Shown here: positions 43,391-57,871 of the stretch, one piece after another
Layout of the letters: each line of letters starts with the position of its first letter
How positions within the stretch are numbered: the first letter of the stretch is position 1
Assembly (NCBI GenBank): GCA_951406725.2
Contig: OX597826.1
Span: 51,708,001 to 51,772,000, forward strand
Reading direction: 5' to 3'
Source: Octopus vulgaris
Taxonomy: Eukaryota
DNA: 64,000 nucleotides
Program-made: the position numbers and the translations under genes
The notes under the pieces: generated by a model
Told to the model about the DNA's origin: nothing
Seen by the model: the letters and a program-made list of their open reading frames with translations, nothing else
Databases searched by the model: none

Positions 43391-46300
43391 ATTTCTTATA
43401 CGATATACCGTTTCATCTGCTGATTAATGGTAAACTAACCTGATTAAATTAATTCAAGCCAATCTTCCACAGGCCCTCAGATTCTTCAGTAAGAAATAGC
43501 CCAAGACGGAACAGATATTTTCACGAGGCATTTCCGACGTTGCCAAGTTTATATCTGACCTAAAATTTTCAAATCGTCGCACTCGCGCCAAATTTATCGG
43601 CAGCAAATAAATATAAGCCGTCGATTCCATTACGGAATTAACCAGAAAATTCATAATTAATCAATATAGGGTGGCAAAAAAAAATTTTGTAGAATTCTTT
43701 TGCCACCAGCGGCCTAGTAGGAAAAAATTAAAATAGTCATAGACCAATTTTTAAGTTCAACATCAACAATAAAGGAACGGCCATAATAGGCCATTCACCC
43801 ACTAGAAATAACAGCCAAAGCTTCAACCGCAAATAAAAGTTAATTCAGTAAACCAGGAGAAAATTTAAAAAACATTTACCCTGTAATTTCTTATACGATA
43901 TACCGTTTCATCTGCTGATTAATGGTAAACTAACCTGATTAAATTAAATCAAGCCAATCTTCCACAGGCCCTCAGATTCTTCAGTAAGAAATAGCCCAAG
44001 ACGGAACAGATATTTTCACGAGGCATTTCCGACGTTGCCAAGTTTATATCTGACCTAAAATTTTCAAATCGTCGCACTCGCGCCAAATTTATCGGCAGCA
44101 AATAAATAAATATAAGCCGTCAATTCCATTACGGAATTAACCAGAAAATTCATAATTAATCAATATAGGGTGGCAAAAAAAATTTTGTAGAATTCTTTTG
44201 CCACCAGCGGCCTAGTAGGAAAAAATTAAAATAGTCATAGACCATTTTTAAGTTCAACATCAACAATAAAGGAACGGCCATAATAGGCCATTCACCCACT
44301 AGAAATAACAGCCAAAGCTTCAACCGCAAATAAAAGTTAATTCAGTAAACCAGGAGAAAATTTAAAAAACATTTACCCTGTAATTTCTTATACGATATAC
44401 CGTTTCATCTGCTGATTAATGGTAAACTAACCTGATTAAATTAAATCAAGCCAATCTTCCACAGGCCCTCAGATTCTTCAGTAAGAAATAGCCCAAGACG
44501 GAACAGATATTTTCACGAGGCATTTCCGACGTTGCCAAGTTTATATCTGACCTAAAATTTTCAAATCGTCGCACTCGCGCCAAATTTATCGGCCACAAAT
44601 AAATATAAGCCGTCGATTCCATTACGGAATTAACCAGAAAATTCATAATTAATCAATATAGGGTGGCAAAAAAGATTTTGTAGAATTCTTTTGCCACCAG
44701 CGGCCTAGTAGGAAAAAATTAAAATAGTCATAGACCATTTTTAAGTTCAACATCAACAATAAAGGAACGGCCATAATAGGCCATTCACCCACTAGAAATA
44801 ACAGCCAAAGCTTCAACCGCAAATAAAAGTTAATTCAGTAAACCAGGAGAAAATTTTAAAAACATTTACCCTGTAATTTCTTATACGATATACCGTTTCA
44901 TCTGCTGATTAATGGTAAACTAACCTGATTAAATTAAATCAAGCCAATCTTCCACAGGCCCTCAGATTCTTCAGTAAGAAATAGCCCAAGACGGAACAGA
45001 TATTTTCACGAGGCATTTCCGACGTTGCCAAGTTTATATCTGACCTAAAATTTTCAAATCGTCGCACTCGCGCCAAATTTATCGGCAGCAAATAAATATA
45101 AGCCGTCGATTCCATTACGGAATTAACCAGAAAATTCATAATTAATCAATATAGGGTGGCAAAAAAATTTTGTAGAATTCTTTTGCCACCAGCGGCCTAG
45201 TAGGAAAAAATTAAAATAGTCATAGACCATTTTTAAGTTCAACATCAACAATAAAGGAACGGCCATAATAGGCCATTCACCCACTAGAAATAACAGCCAA
45301 AGCTTCAACCGCAAATAAAAGTTAATTCAGTAAACCAGGAGAAAATTTTAAAAACATTTACCCTGTAATTTCTTATACGATATACCGTTTCATCTGCTGA
45401 TTAATGGTAAACTAACCTGATTAAATTAAATCAAGCCAATCTTCCACAGGCCCTCAGATTCTTCAGTAAGAAATAGCCCAAGACGGAACAGATATTTTCA
45501 CGAGGCATTTCCGACGTTGCCAAGTTTATATCTGACCTAAAATTTTCAAATCGTCGCACTCGCGCCAAATTTATCGGCAGCAAATAAATATAAGCCGTCG
45601 ATTCCATTACGGAATTAACCAGAAAATTCATAATTAATCAATATAGGGCTGGCAAAAAAAATTTTGTAGAATTCTTTTGCCACCAGCGGCCTAGTAGGAA
45701 AAAATTAAAATAGTCATAGACCATTTTTAAGTTCAACATCAACAATAAAGGAACGGCCATAATAGGCCATTCACCCACTAGAAATAACAGCCAAAGCTTC
45801 AACCGCAAATAAAAGTTAATTCAGTAAACCAGGAGAAAATTTAAAAAACATTTACCCTGTAATTTCTTATACGATATACCGTTTCATCTGCTGATTAATG
45901 GTAAACTAACCTGATTAAATTAAATCAAGCCAATCTTCCACAGGCCCTCAGATTCTTCAGTAAGAAATAGCCCAAGACGGAACAGATATTTTCACGAGGC
46001 ATTTCCGACGTTGCCAAGTTTATATCTGACCTAAAATTTTCAAATCGTCGCACTCGCGCCAAATTTATCGGCCACAAATAAATATAAGCCGTCGATTCCA
46101 TTACGGAATTAACCAGAAAATTCATAATTAATCAATATAGGGTGGCAAAAAAGATTTTGTAGAATTCTTTTGCCACCAGCGGCCTAGTAGGAAAACATTA
46201 AAATAGTCATAGACCATTTTTAAGTTCAACATCAACAATAAAGAAACGGCCATAATAGGCCATTCACCCACTAGAAATAACAGCCAAAGCTTCAACCGCA

Positions 46301-49300
46301 AATAAAAGTTAATTCAGTAAACCAGGAGAAAATTTTAAAAACATTTACCCTGTAATTTCTTATACGATATACCGTTTCATCTGCTGATTAATGGTAAACT
46401 AACCTGATTAAATTAAATCAAGCCAATCTTCCACAGGCCCTCAGATTCTTCAGTAAGAAATAGCCCAAGACGGAACAGATATTTTCACGAGGCATTTCCG
46501 ACGTTGCCAAGTTTATATCTGACCTAAAATTTTCAAATCGTCGCACTCGCGCCAAATTTATCGGCAGCAAATAAATATAAGCCGTCGATTCCATTACGGA
46601 ATTAACCAGAAAATTCATAATTAATCAATATAGGGTGGCAAAAAAATTTTGTAGAATTCTTTTGCCACCAGCGGCCTAGTAGGAAAAAATTAAAATAGTC
46701 ATAGACCATTTTTAAGTTCAACATCAACAATAAAGGAACGGCCATAATAGGCCATTCACCCACTAGAAATAACAGCCAAAGCTTCAACCGCAAATAAAAG
46801 TTAATTCAGTAAACCAGGAGAAAATTTTAAAAACATTTACCCTGTAATTTCTTATACGATATACCGTTTCATCTGCTGATTAATGGTAAACTAACCTGAT
46901 TAAATTAAATCAAGCCAATCTTCCACAGGCCCTCAGATTCTTCAGTAAGAAATAGCCCAAGACGGAACAGATATTTTCACGAGGCATTTCCGACGTTGCC
47001 AAGTTTATATCTGACCTAAAATTTTCAAATCGTCGCACTCGCGCCAAATTTATCGGCAGCAAATAAATATAAGCCGTCGATTCCATTACGGAATTAACCA
47101 GAAAATTCATAATTAATCAATATAGGGTGGCAAAAAATTTTGTAGAATTCTTTTGCCACCAGCGGCCTAGTAGGAAAAAATTAAAATAGTCATAGACCAT
47201 TTTTAAGTTCAACATCAACAATAAAGGAACGGCCATAATAGGCCATTCACCCACTAGAAATAACAGCCAAAGCTTCAACCGCAAATAAAAGTTAATTCAG
47301 TAAACCAGGAGAAAATTTAAAAAACATTTACCCTGTAATTTCTTATACGATATACCGTTTCATCTGCTGATTAATGGTAAACTAACCTGATTAAATTAAA
47401 TCAAGCCAATCTTCCACAGGCCCTCAGATTCTTCAGTAAGAAATAGCCCAAGACGGAACAGATATTTTCACGAGGCATTTCCGACGTTGCCAAGTTTATA
47501 TCTGACCTAAAATTTTCAAATCGTCGCACTCGCGCCAAATTTATCGGCAGCAAATAAATATAAGCCGTCGATTCCATTACGGAATTAACCAGAAAATTCA
47601 TAATTAATCAATATAGGGTGGCAAAAAAATTTTGTAGAATTCTTTTGCCACCAGCGGCCTAGTAGGAAAAAATTAAAATAGTCATAGACCATTTTTAAGT
47701 TCAACATCAACAATAAAGGAACGGCCATAATAGGCCATTCACCCACTAGAAATAACAGCCAAAGCTTCAACCGCAAATAAAAGTTAATTCAGTAAACCAG
47801 GAGAAAATTTTAAAAACATTTACCCTGTAATTTCTTATACGATATACCGTTTCATCTGCTGATTAATGGTAAACTAACCTGATTAAATTAAATCAAGCCA
47901 ATCTTCCACAGGCCCTCAGATTCTTCAGTAAGAAATAGCCCAAGACGGAACAGATATTTTCACGAGGCATTTCCGACGTTGCCAAGTTTATATCTGACCT
48001 AAAATTTTCAAATCGTCGCACTCGCGCCAAATTTATCGGCAGCAAATAAATATAAGCCGTCGATTCCATTACGGAATTAACCAGAAAATTCATAATTAAT
48101 CAATATAGGGTGGCAAAAAAATTTTGTAGAATTCTTTTGCCACCAGCGGCCTAGTAGGAAAAAATTAAAATAGTCATAGACCATTTTTAAGTTCAACATC
48201 AACAATAAAGGAACGGCCATAATAGGCCATTCACCCACTAGAAATAACAGCCAAAGCTTCAACCGCAAATAAAAGTTAATTCAGTAAACCAGGAGAAAAT
48301 TTAAAAAACATTTACCCTGTAATTTCTTATACGATATACCGTTTCATCTGCTGATTAATGGTAAACTAACCTGATTAAATTAAATCAAGCCAATCTTCCA
48401 CAGGCCCTCAGATTCTTCAGTAAGAAATAGCCCAAGACGGAACAGATATTTTCACGAGGCATTTCCGACGTTGCCAAGTTTATATCTGACCTAAAATTTT
48501 CAAATCGTCGCACTCGCGCCAAATTTATCGGCAGCAAATAAATATAAGCCGTCGATTCCATTACGGAATTAACCAGAAAATTCATAATTAATCAATATAG
48601 GGTGGCAAAAAAAATTTTGTAGGATTCTTTTGCCACCAGCGGCCTAGTAGGAAAAAATTAAAATAGTCATAGACCATTTTTAAGTTCAACATCAACAATA
48701 AAGGAACGGCCATAATAGGCCATTCACCCACTAGAAATAACAGCCAAAGCTTCAACCGCAAATAAAAGTTAATTCAGTAAACCAGGAGAAAATTTAAAAA
48801 ACATTTACCCTGTAATTTCTTATACGATATACCGTTTCATCTGCTGATTAATGGTAAACTAACCTGATTAAATTAAATCAAGCCAATCTTCCACAGGCCC
48901 TCAGATTCTTCAGTAAGAAATAGCCCAAGACGGAACAGATATTTTCACGAGGCATTTCCGACGTTGCCAAGTTTATATCTGACCTAAAATTTTCAAATCG
49001 TCGCACTCGCGCCAAATTTATCGGCAGCAAATAAATATAAGCCGTCGATTCCATTACGGAATTAACCAGAAAATTCATAATTAATCAATATAGGGTGGCA
49101 AAAAAAATTTTGTAGAATTCTTTTGCCACCAGCGGCCTAGTAGGAAAAATTAAAATAGTCATAGACCATTTTTAAGTTCAACATCAACAATAAAGGAACG
49201 GCCATAATAGGCCATTCACCCACTAGAAATAACAGCCAAAGCTTCAACCGCAAATAAAAGTTAATTCAGTAAACCAGGAGAAAATTTTAAAAACATTTAC

Positions 49301-52300
49301 CCTGTAATTTCTTATACGATATACCGTTTCATCTGCTGATTAATGGTAAATTAACCTGATTAAATTAAATCAAGCCAATCTTCCACAGGCCCTCAGATTC
49401 TTCAGTAAGAAATAGCCCAAGACGGAACAGATATTTTCACGAGGCATTTCCGACGTTGCCAAGTTTATATCTGACCTAAAATTTTCAAATCGTCGCACTC
49501 GCGCCAAATTTATCGGCAGCAAATAAATATAAGCCGTCGATTCCATTACGGAATTAACCAGAAAATTCATAATTAATCAATATAGGGTGGCAAAAAAATT
49601 TTGTAGAATTCTTTTGCCACCAGCGGCCTAGTAGGAAAAAATTAAAATAGTCATAGACCATTTTTAAGTTCAACATCAACAATAAAGGAACGGCCATAAT
49701 AGGCCATTCACCCACTAGAAATAACAGCCAAAGCTTCAACCGCAAATAAAAGTTAATTCAGTAAACCAGGAGAAAATTTAAAAAACATTTACCCTGTAAT
49801 TTTTTATACGATATACCGTTTCATCTGCTGATTAATGGTAAACTAACCTGATTAAATTAAATCAAGCCAATCTTCCACAGGCCCTCAGATTCTTCAGTAA
49901 GAAATAGCCCAAGACGGAACAGATATTTTCACGAGGCATTTCCGACGTTGCCAATTTTATATCTGACCTAAAATTTTCAAATCGTCGCACTCGCGCCAAA
50001 TTTATCGGCAGCAAATAAATATAAGCCGTCGATTCCATTACGGAATTAACCAGAAAATTCATAATTAATCAATATAGGGTGGCAAAAAAAATTTTGTAGA
50101 ATTCTTTTGCCACCAGCGGCCTAGTAGGAAAAAATTAAAATAGTCATAGACCAATTTTTAAGTTCAACATCAACAATAAAGGAACGGCCATAATAGGCCA
50201 TTCACCCACTAGAAATAACAGCCAAAGCTTCAACCGCAAATAAAAGTTAATTCAGTAAACCAGGAGAAAATTTTAAAAACATTTACCCTGTAATTTCTTA
50301 TACGATATACCGTTTCATCTGCTGATTAATGGTAAACTAACCTGATTAAATTAAATCAAGCCAATCTTCCACAGGCCCTCAGATTCTTCAGTAAGAAATA
50401 GCCCAAGACGGAACAGATATTTTCACGAGGCATTTCCGACGTTGCCAAGTTTATATCTGACCTAAAATTTTCAAATCGTCGCACTCGCGCCAAATTTATC
50501 GGCAGCAAATAAATATAAGCCGTCGATTCCATTACGGAATTAACCAGAAAATTCATAATTAATCAATATAGGGTGGCAAAAAAAATTTTGTAGAATTCTT
50601 TTGCCACCAGCGGCCTAGTAGGAAAAAATTAAAATATTCATAGACCATTTTTAAGTTCAACATCAACAATAAAGGAACGGCCATAATAGGCCATTCACCC
50701 ACTAGAAATAACAGCCAAAGCTTCAACCGCAAGTAAAAGTTAATTCAGTAAACCAGGAGAAAATTTAAAAAACATTTACCCTGTAATTTCTTATACGATA
50801 TACCGTTTCATCTGCTGATTAATGGTAAACTAACCTGATTAAATTAAATCAAGCCAATCTTCCACAGGCCCTCAGATTCTTCAGTAAGAAATAGCCCAAG
50901 ACGGAACAGATATTTTCACGAGGCATTTCCGACGTTGCCAAGTTTATATCTGACCTAAAATTTTCAAATCGTCGCACTCGCGCCAAATTTATCGGCAGCA
51001 AATAAATATAAGCCGTCGATTCCATTACGGAATTAACCAGAAAATTCATAATTAATCAATATAGGGTGGCAAAAAAATTTTGTAGAATTCTTTTGCCACC
51101 AGCGGCCTAGTAGGAAAAAATTAAAATAGTCATAGACCAATTTTTAAGTTCAACATCAACAATAAAGGAACGGCCATAATAGGCCATTCACCCACTAGAA
51201 ATAACAGCCAAAGCTTCAACCGCAAATAAAAGTTAATTCAGTAAACCAGGAGAAAATTTAAAAAACATTTACCCTGTAATTTCTTATACGATATACCGTT
51301 TCATCTGCTGATTAATGGTAAACTAACCTGATTAAATTAAATCAAGCCAATCTTCCACAGGCCCTCAGATTCTTCAGTAAGAAATAGCCCAAGACGGAAC
51401 AGATATTTTCACGAGGCATTTCCGACGTTGCCAAGTTTATATCTGACCTAAAATTTTCAAATCGTCGCACTCGCGCCAAATTTATCGGCAGCAAATAAAT
51501 ATAAGCCGTCGATTCCATTACGGAATTAACCAGAAAATTCATAATTAATCAATATTGGGTGGCAAAAAAAATTTTGTAGAATTCTTTTGCCACCAGCGGC
51601 CTAGTAGGAAAAAATTAAAATAGTCATAGACCATTTTTAAGTTCAACATCAACAATAAAGGAACGGCCATAATAGGCCATTCACCCACTAGAAATAACAG
51701 CCAAAGCTTCAACCGCAAATAAAAGTTAATTCAGTAAACCAGGAGAAAATTTAAAAAACATTTACCCTGTAATTTCTTATACGATATACCGTTTCATCTG
51801 CTGATTAATGGTAAACTAACCTGATTAAATTAAATCAAGCCAATCTTCCACAGGCCCTCAGATTCTTCAGTAAGAAATAGCCCAAGACGGAACAGATATT
51901 TTCACGAGGCATTTCCGACGTTGCCAAGTTTATATCTGACCTAAAATTTTCAAATCGTCGCACTCGCGCCAAATTTATCGGCAGCAAATAAATATAAGCC
52001 GTCGATTCCATTACGGAATTAACCAGAAAATTCATAATTAATCAATATAGGGTGGCAAAAAAAATTTTGTAGAATTCTTTTGCCACCAGCGGCCTAGTAG
52101 GAAAAAATTAAAATAGTCATAGACCATTTTTAAGTTCAACATCAACAATAAAGGAACGGCCATAATAGGCCATTCACCCACTAGAAATAACAGCCAAAGC
52201 TTCAACGGCAAATAAAAGTTAATTCAGTAAACCAGGAGAAAATTTTAAAAACATTTACCCTGTAATTTCTTATACGATATACCGTTTCATCTGCTGATTA

Positions 52301-52863
52301 ATGGTAAACTAACCTGATTAAATTAAATCAAGCCAATCTTCCACAGGCCCTCAGATTCTTCAGTAAGAAATAGCCCAAGACGGAACAGATATTTTCACGA
52401 GGCATTTCCGACGTTGCCAAGTTTATATCTGACCTAAAATTTTCAAATCGTCGCACTCGCGCCAAATTTATCGGCAGCAAATAAATATAAGCCGTCGATT
52501 CCATTACGGAATTAACCAGAAAATTCATAATTAATCAATATAGGGTGGCAAAAAAATTTTGTAGAATTCTTTTGCCACCAGCGGCCTAGTAGGAAAAAAT
52601 TAAAATAGTCATAGACCATTTTTAAGTTCAACATCAACAATAAAGGAACGGCCATAATAGGCCATTCACCCACTAGAAATAACAGCCAAAGCTTCAACCG
52701 CAAATAAAAGTTAATTCAGTAAACCAGGAGAAAATTTAAAAAACATTTACCCTGTAATTTTTTATACGATATACCGTTTCATCTGCTGATTAATGGTAAA
52801 CTAACCTGATTAAATTAAATCAAGCCAATCTTCCACAGGCCCTCAGATTCTTCAGTAAGAAAT
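43391..52863 (-). ncRNA. Twenty further copies of the same 107-nt hammerhead (units 2-21)
   Basis: Left coordinates: 43391, 43886, 44383, 44876, 45368, 45862, 46355, 46847, 47338, 47830, 48322, 48815, 49307, 49799, 50293, 50786, 51279, 51772, 52265, 52757. Cores are unchanged as far as read. Confidence 0.9.
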
Positions 52864-53203
52864 AGCCCAAGACGGAACAGATATTTTCACGAGGCATTTC
52901 CGACGTTGCCAAGTTTATATCTGACCTAAAATTTTCAAATCGTCGCACTCGCGCCAAATTTATCGGCAGCAAATAAATATAAGCCGTCGATTCCATTACG
53001 GAATTAACCAGAAAATTCATAATTAATCAATATAGGGTGGCAAAAAAAATTTTGTAGAATTCTTTTGCCACCTGGTTTAGTGAATTAACTTTTATTTGCG
53101 GTTGAAGGTTTGGCTGTTATTTCTAGTGAGTGAATGGCCTATTATGGCCGTTCCTTTATTGTTGATATATATATATATATATATATATTAATATATATAT
53201 ATG

Positions 53204-53283
<80 letters not shown>

Positions 53284-55463
53284 CATGTGTGTGTGTGTGT
53301 TGAGAGAGAGAGAGAGAAAGAGGGAGAGATTTATGAAGAAATCTAGAGAACAAAGGAAAAACGAATATGGCATGAACTTCAATAGCTTACAGCTGTTTCT
53401 GCTATAAGATGCAGTAGACTCGTATTTGAATGCCTAAATAATGCCTTATAGCTTCATCGGAGCTTGTCTATATGATTTTGCGTCAAAGGTTTGACAGCCG
53501 GAGCTGGTTTATTTATGTTCCTGTAAGCAAGAGGTTCGGTAAAGGTGGACGATGTAATAGGTAGCAGCCATAGTAGTTCATACTGGGGTCAACTTGCACG
53601 GCTAAACTATTGAAGGTGGTAACCCATCATGTCCGCAGCCTAATGACTGAAACAAGTAAGAAATACAAGATTGGTTGGCTGGTGAGGAAAATATACAGAC
53701 ATTGAAATTCTTCTAACTTACTGTAGAGCGAAATTTTGTAGCTAGAGCAGCCCGGATTTAAAACAACGGAGAGCTGTAATTTTATGTATTGAAAAACAAA
53801 AACGTTATTGTAGGTTTGTGAAAATACAGTGAATATTACAAAAAACAGATTATTTAAAGAGTGAATCTGTCCGAAAGTTAATGTTTGCAAATGAAAGTTT
53901 ATTTTCTCTAAACTAGATTTGAGTAATAGAATTTAGACAACTGTTTGCATCTTCTGAAGATTTAGTAATTAAAATCATTTAGTATGTTTGCAGCTATTTT
54001 ATCCAACGTACTCTTTTCTCATAAAAGTGATGGAGTTGATCTTAGAGATTAAGCTGCTATTCTTAGCAGGTCACCCCACCGAATACAGACTCTTTTATTT
54101 ATTCAATAGTCAAGAAATCGAAGGATTGCCACTGTGAAAGCCGGATGAAGTAACTGAGCATTTTTCTGGAAGATTTATTTCGAAATATTTCTGACCTACT
54201 GCACGGTGACTGCAGTAAAATATTTTATAGCTGATTAGACAATTCGGTGAAAACAGAATATATTTAACTCACAATGATATGTGTACCGAGAGTAGCATAA
54301 AGTTTTTGGCATCTCGTAGAACTTAGTACAATGTAATGAATTTTTTGATCAATGTCTCCTCGAAATACTTCATATTTTCTTATTTTGTTTAAGAAGGTTA
54401 CACAATCTTCTCGCAGACCATTCATGATCATTACTATATGATTGAATCTAGTATCGTGCAGGATCAACTAAACGAAATAGCTTTTGACATCGGCTTCGTT
54501 AGAACCGGTTGTTCAAATATTCATGTTTATGTCTTTCCTTGCGTGCGAAGAAGGCCAGAAAGTCAGCTAATCTTCGTTGAACTGTTTGATCACACCAGTA
54601 ATAATGAAGGCATCACTGCCAGTGTCAAGTTGTGTTAAGAGCTATTATACTGAGCTAGAACTCGTGTACATGATCCAATAAAGTGGACAGTAGTTTCAAT
54701 TAAGTTTTTTCGATATACAATTTCTCTTTTAGATTATTTAAATGAATATACTGTATATTTATACAAATTCAATACCACCCTACCATTTTCTTCAGCTTTA
54801 AATCATGTTTTCTTTCTGTTATGCGTGGAAAATATCCAAATTATAATCAGAAAACTAAGGGACAGGAGGTATTGTTTGTAATCTTCATGAATTTTATCAT
54901 TAAATTCAGTAACATCACTCTTGCATGGAAGTTTATCTCCCTTAGTATTTATGTTTGATGACATGCTTTATTCTACAGGAAGTTTACACACACACACACA
55001 CATACACGCATGTGTATATATGTGGGTATTCACACACACAGAACACACGCACACACACGTAAATATCTCTATATGATTCATTATAGGAACTGACAACTAA
55101 TTAATATAATGAAGGACAGAAGTGAATATGAAATAGAAGCCAAGTGAATAAACCATATCCGGAATGTTTTGAGCGACAGATTCAATTGTTCAAGCAATTT
55201 ATCATTAACAGCACACGTTTCAATTAAACATAATTTATTCATTTATAATTTCCATAGAATTTCAATCGCCTTGAATTTTATTTTAAGCATAATTTGTTTT
55301 GTATTTAGATATTTATTGAATAGAATTATAAATATTTAATTTGACGAGGCGGCATCATATAGCACAGCAAATCATAAATTCGGACAACGATCAACGTCCT
55401 CCTTTCTCAATAGCATTTTCATCTTCTTCCGCCACGTCGTTATCGTCGTCATCATCACCTCCC

Positions 55464-55500
<37 letters not shown>

Positions 55501-55994
55501 GACGTAATTAAATGTATAGCAATTTAATCCACAGCAAACATACAAACAAAAGAAATGAGTCCTTTATTGAGGTCGAGTAAATGGAATTTATCTCTGTTTT
55601 TCAAAAACATTCCATATCAACTTCTTCACAATATATAGTCCACATATCCAATTTTCGGTAATATTTTCTATTCACCAGCGTGTACCTTACAGTATACTAC
55701 ATGTTAGAAACCCTATCGCTGAAGAATGAAATGCAAAAACAACAAGAATTATCACTAAAACAAAACACAAAAATCTAAAAACAATTTTATCTTGTAATAT
55801 CAATCTTTTACATTTTCATTCTTGGAATTTAATTTTGAAACTTTGTGATATAAATCAGCAGTTAAATAAATATGAAGAAAAAAAAAGAATCTTACTTCGT
55901 AGTAGATACATACATATGTATAACTGTACTTATACAACTACGTGTGTGCGCGCGTTTATGTACATATGCATGCATTTGTATGTATACGTATATA

Positions 55995-57229
55995 CAAGGA
56001 GTATTCATTAAAGATTACCCCTGACCCACTTCTCAAGGACTGGGATTAATGAGACTTGGCATAATTATTAGACCATCTCTATATTGCCATCATCAATGGT
56101 GACACACTTCTCCCATCGCTTTATCCAGCTGTGAAGACCTCGTCTGTAGAAGTCGGTAGGTTGCTCTGGAGCCAAGATTTTACTTCGGAAATAAGTTCTT
56201 CATCTTCCGAAAAGTGCTTCCTCTTCAAGAAAGACTTGAAGACTTCATGTTTGGAAATATGTGGTAGTCAGACGGTGCGAGGTCGGGAGAGTAAGGCGGA
56301 TGAAGAAGGATTTCATAGCCGCATTGTGAACTGTGGTGTTGCCTTGGAGGAGGCGGACTCCTTTAGTCAGCATGCCACACATCTCTGTTTTGATGTCATC
56401 TCGCAATTTCTGCAGCAGAGAAGCATAATATGCCCCATTTATTGTGGTTCCCTTTGCCAGAAAATCAATCATCATTACTTCGCGTTGGTCTCAAAAGATT
56501 GTGAGCATCACTTTCCCTGCTGAGGGCTGGAAACAAACTTCTTTGGAGGTGGTGAGTTATCATGCTTCCATTGCTTCGATTAGACTTTAGTCTCAAGATC
56601 ACAGTAATGAACCCATGTTCCATCCTGTGTGATAAGCCTGCTGAAAATATCCTCCTCATTTTCTTGGTATATTGTCGAAAGAGCCTGAGAGCAATTGACT
56701 CGTTTCTGCTTCTGAAAAGAAGTGAGCGTCCGGGGAATTCATCGTGCAGACAAATTCCGCATGTGCAAATGGTCGTGAATGTTTTTTTTCCACGGATCCT
56801 ACCCTTATATTCACTTCTTGGGCTAGTTGCCAAATAGTTATGCGGCGTACTCCAAAATGGCGGCTTCCAATATATGGCTGGTGTCATCATCAATGGCAGA
56901 ATAAGGTCCTTCAGGTAGGAGCCGTTTCCACCGATGTCTGACAACATTGGAACTGGCGATGCTAGTGCTTAACTACGGCATATGATGGTGCATCGTCACC
57001 GTAAACTTCTTTCATCTTATGGAAAGTCTCTTTTGGTGTACGACCTTTTAAGTATAAGAACCTGATCACTGATCTGCATTCGACTGCCTACATTGTAACA
57101 CTTTAGTCCACATCAGCAGCTGCAATTTACAGTGTGACATGAAGAGACATGTATAATTAGACCTTTACAAGTTCCATTTCCTGCGCAAACGGAAGTGGGT
57201 CAAGGGAAATCTTTAGTGAACACGCCTCG
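55995..57229 (-). mobile_element. Full-length degenerate mariner transposon with pseudogenised transposase
   Basis: ~38-bp TIRs (caaggagtattcattaaagattacccctgacccactt / aagtgggtcaagggaaatctttagtgaacacgcctcg) with TA on the left. Minus-strand DGTWVH..ETK..SKQWKH and IDFLAKGTTINGAYYASLL; length ~1.24 kb. Confidence 0.9.
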
Positions 57230-57236
57230 TGTGTGT

Positions 57237-57280
<44 letters not shown>

Positions 57281-57625
57281 CTGGCTTTACGAATTCCTCA
57301 CCAATGACAAATTATATATATATATATATATATATATGACGTTTAATTATCCGAAACAGTGTTTATACCAGCTCGCACTATATGGGCACCTGAAAGTGAA
57401 ATGAAATAGAATAAAATACGATTATGAAAGCAAATCACATGTTTCCACGTCACATTCACTTTCAAGTGTTGATTTTTTTGTTACACAAATACACATATAC
57501 ATTCAAATATATATTATATACTACATGCTTGCATATAAATACACGCATATGCTCACTGATGTATATATTGGTGTATAAATTTCTGTATAGCATGTATCAG
57601 TATGTGTGTGCATATACACACATAC

Positions 57626-57666
<41 letters not shown>

Positions 57667-57787
57667 TGTATATCTATGTGTATGTGCACTGACATCAATA
57701 TATATACGAAGGGAAGCATTCATACGCACATCTTAGAGAAAATTAATTATGCTCTGATACTCACTTCCTACATATAGGAATACCGCA

Positions 57788-57871
<84 letters not shown>

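Larger units (their letters stand above)
42668..53166 (-). mobile_element. Tandem array of 21 x ~493-bp hammerhead-containing units, plus partial unit and inverted tail (retrozyme / non-autonomous PLE-like)
   Basis: Unit 1 is 42668-43160; 21 full units run to 53019; partial unit 53020-53072; inverted 96-bp segment 53071-53166. (TA)n on both sides. Units are about 99% identical by eye. Confidence 0.92.

Noticed and set aside
42961-53020. Repeated 66-aa and 63-aa ORFs in the array as a tandem gene family
   Set aside because: No recognisable domain. The 66-aa ORF overlaps the ribozyme and is broken in unit 3, and the 63-aa ORF depends on the length of an A-run. Both are incidental.
42668-53072. 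CRISPR array, or 5S/snRNA/SL tandem gene cluster
   Set aside because: There are no variable spacers, the context is eukaryotic, and no 5S, U-snRNA or tRNA sequence was recognised in the unit.
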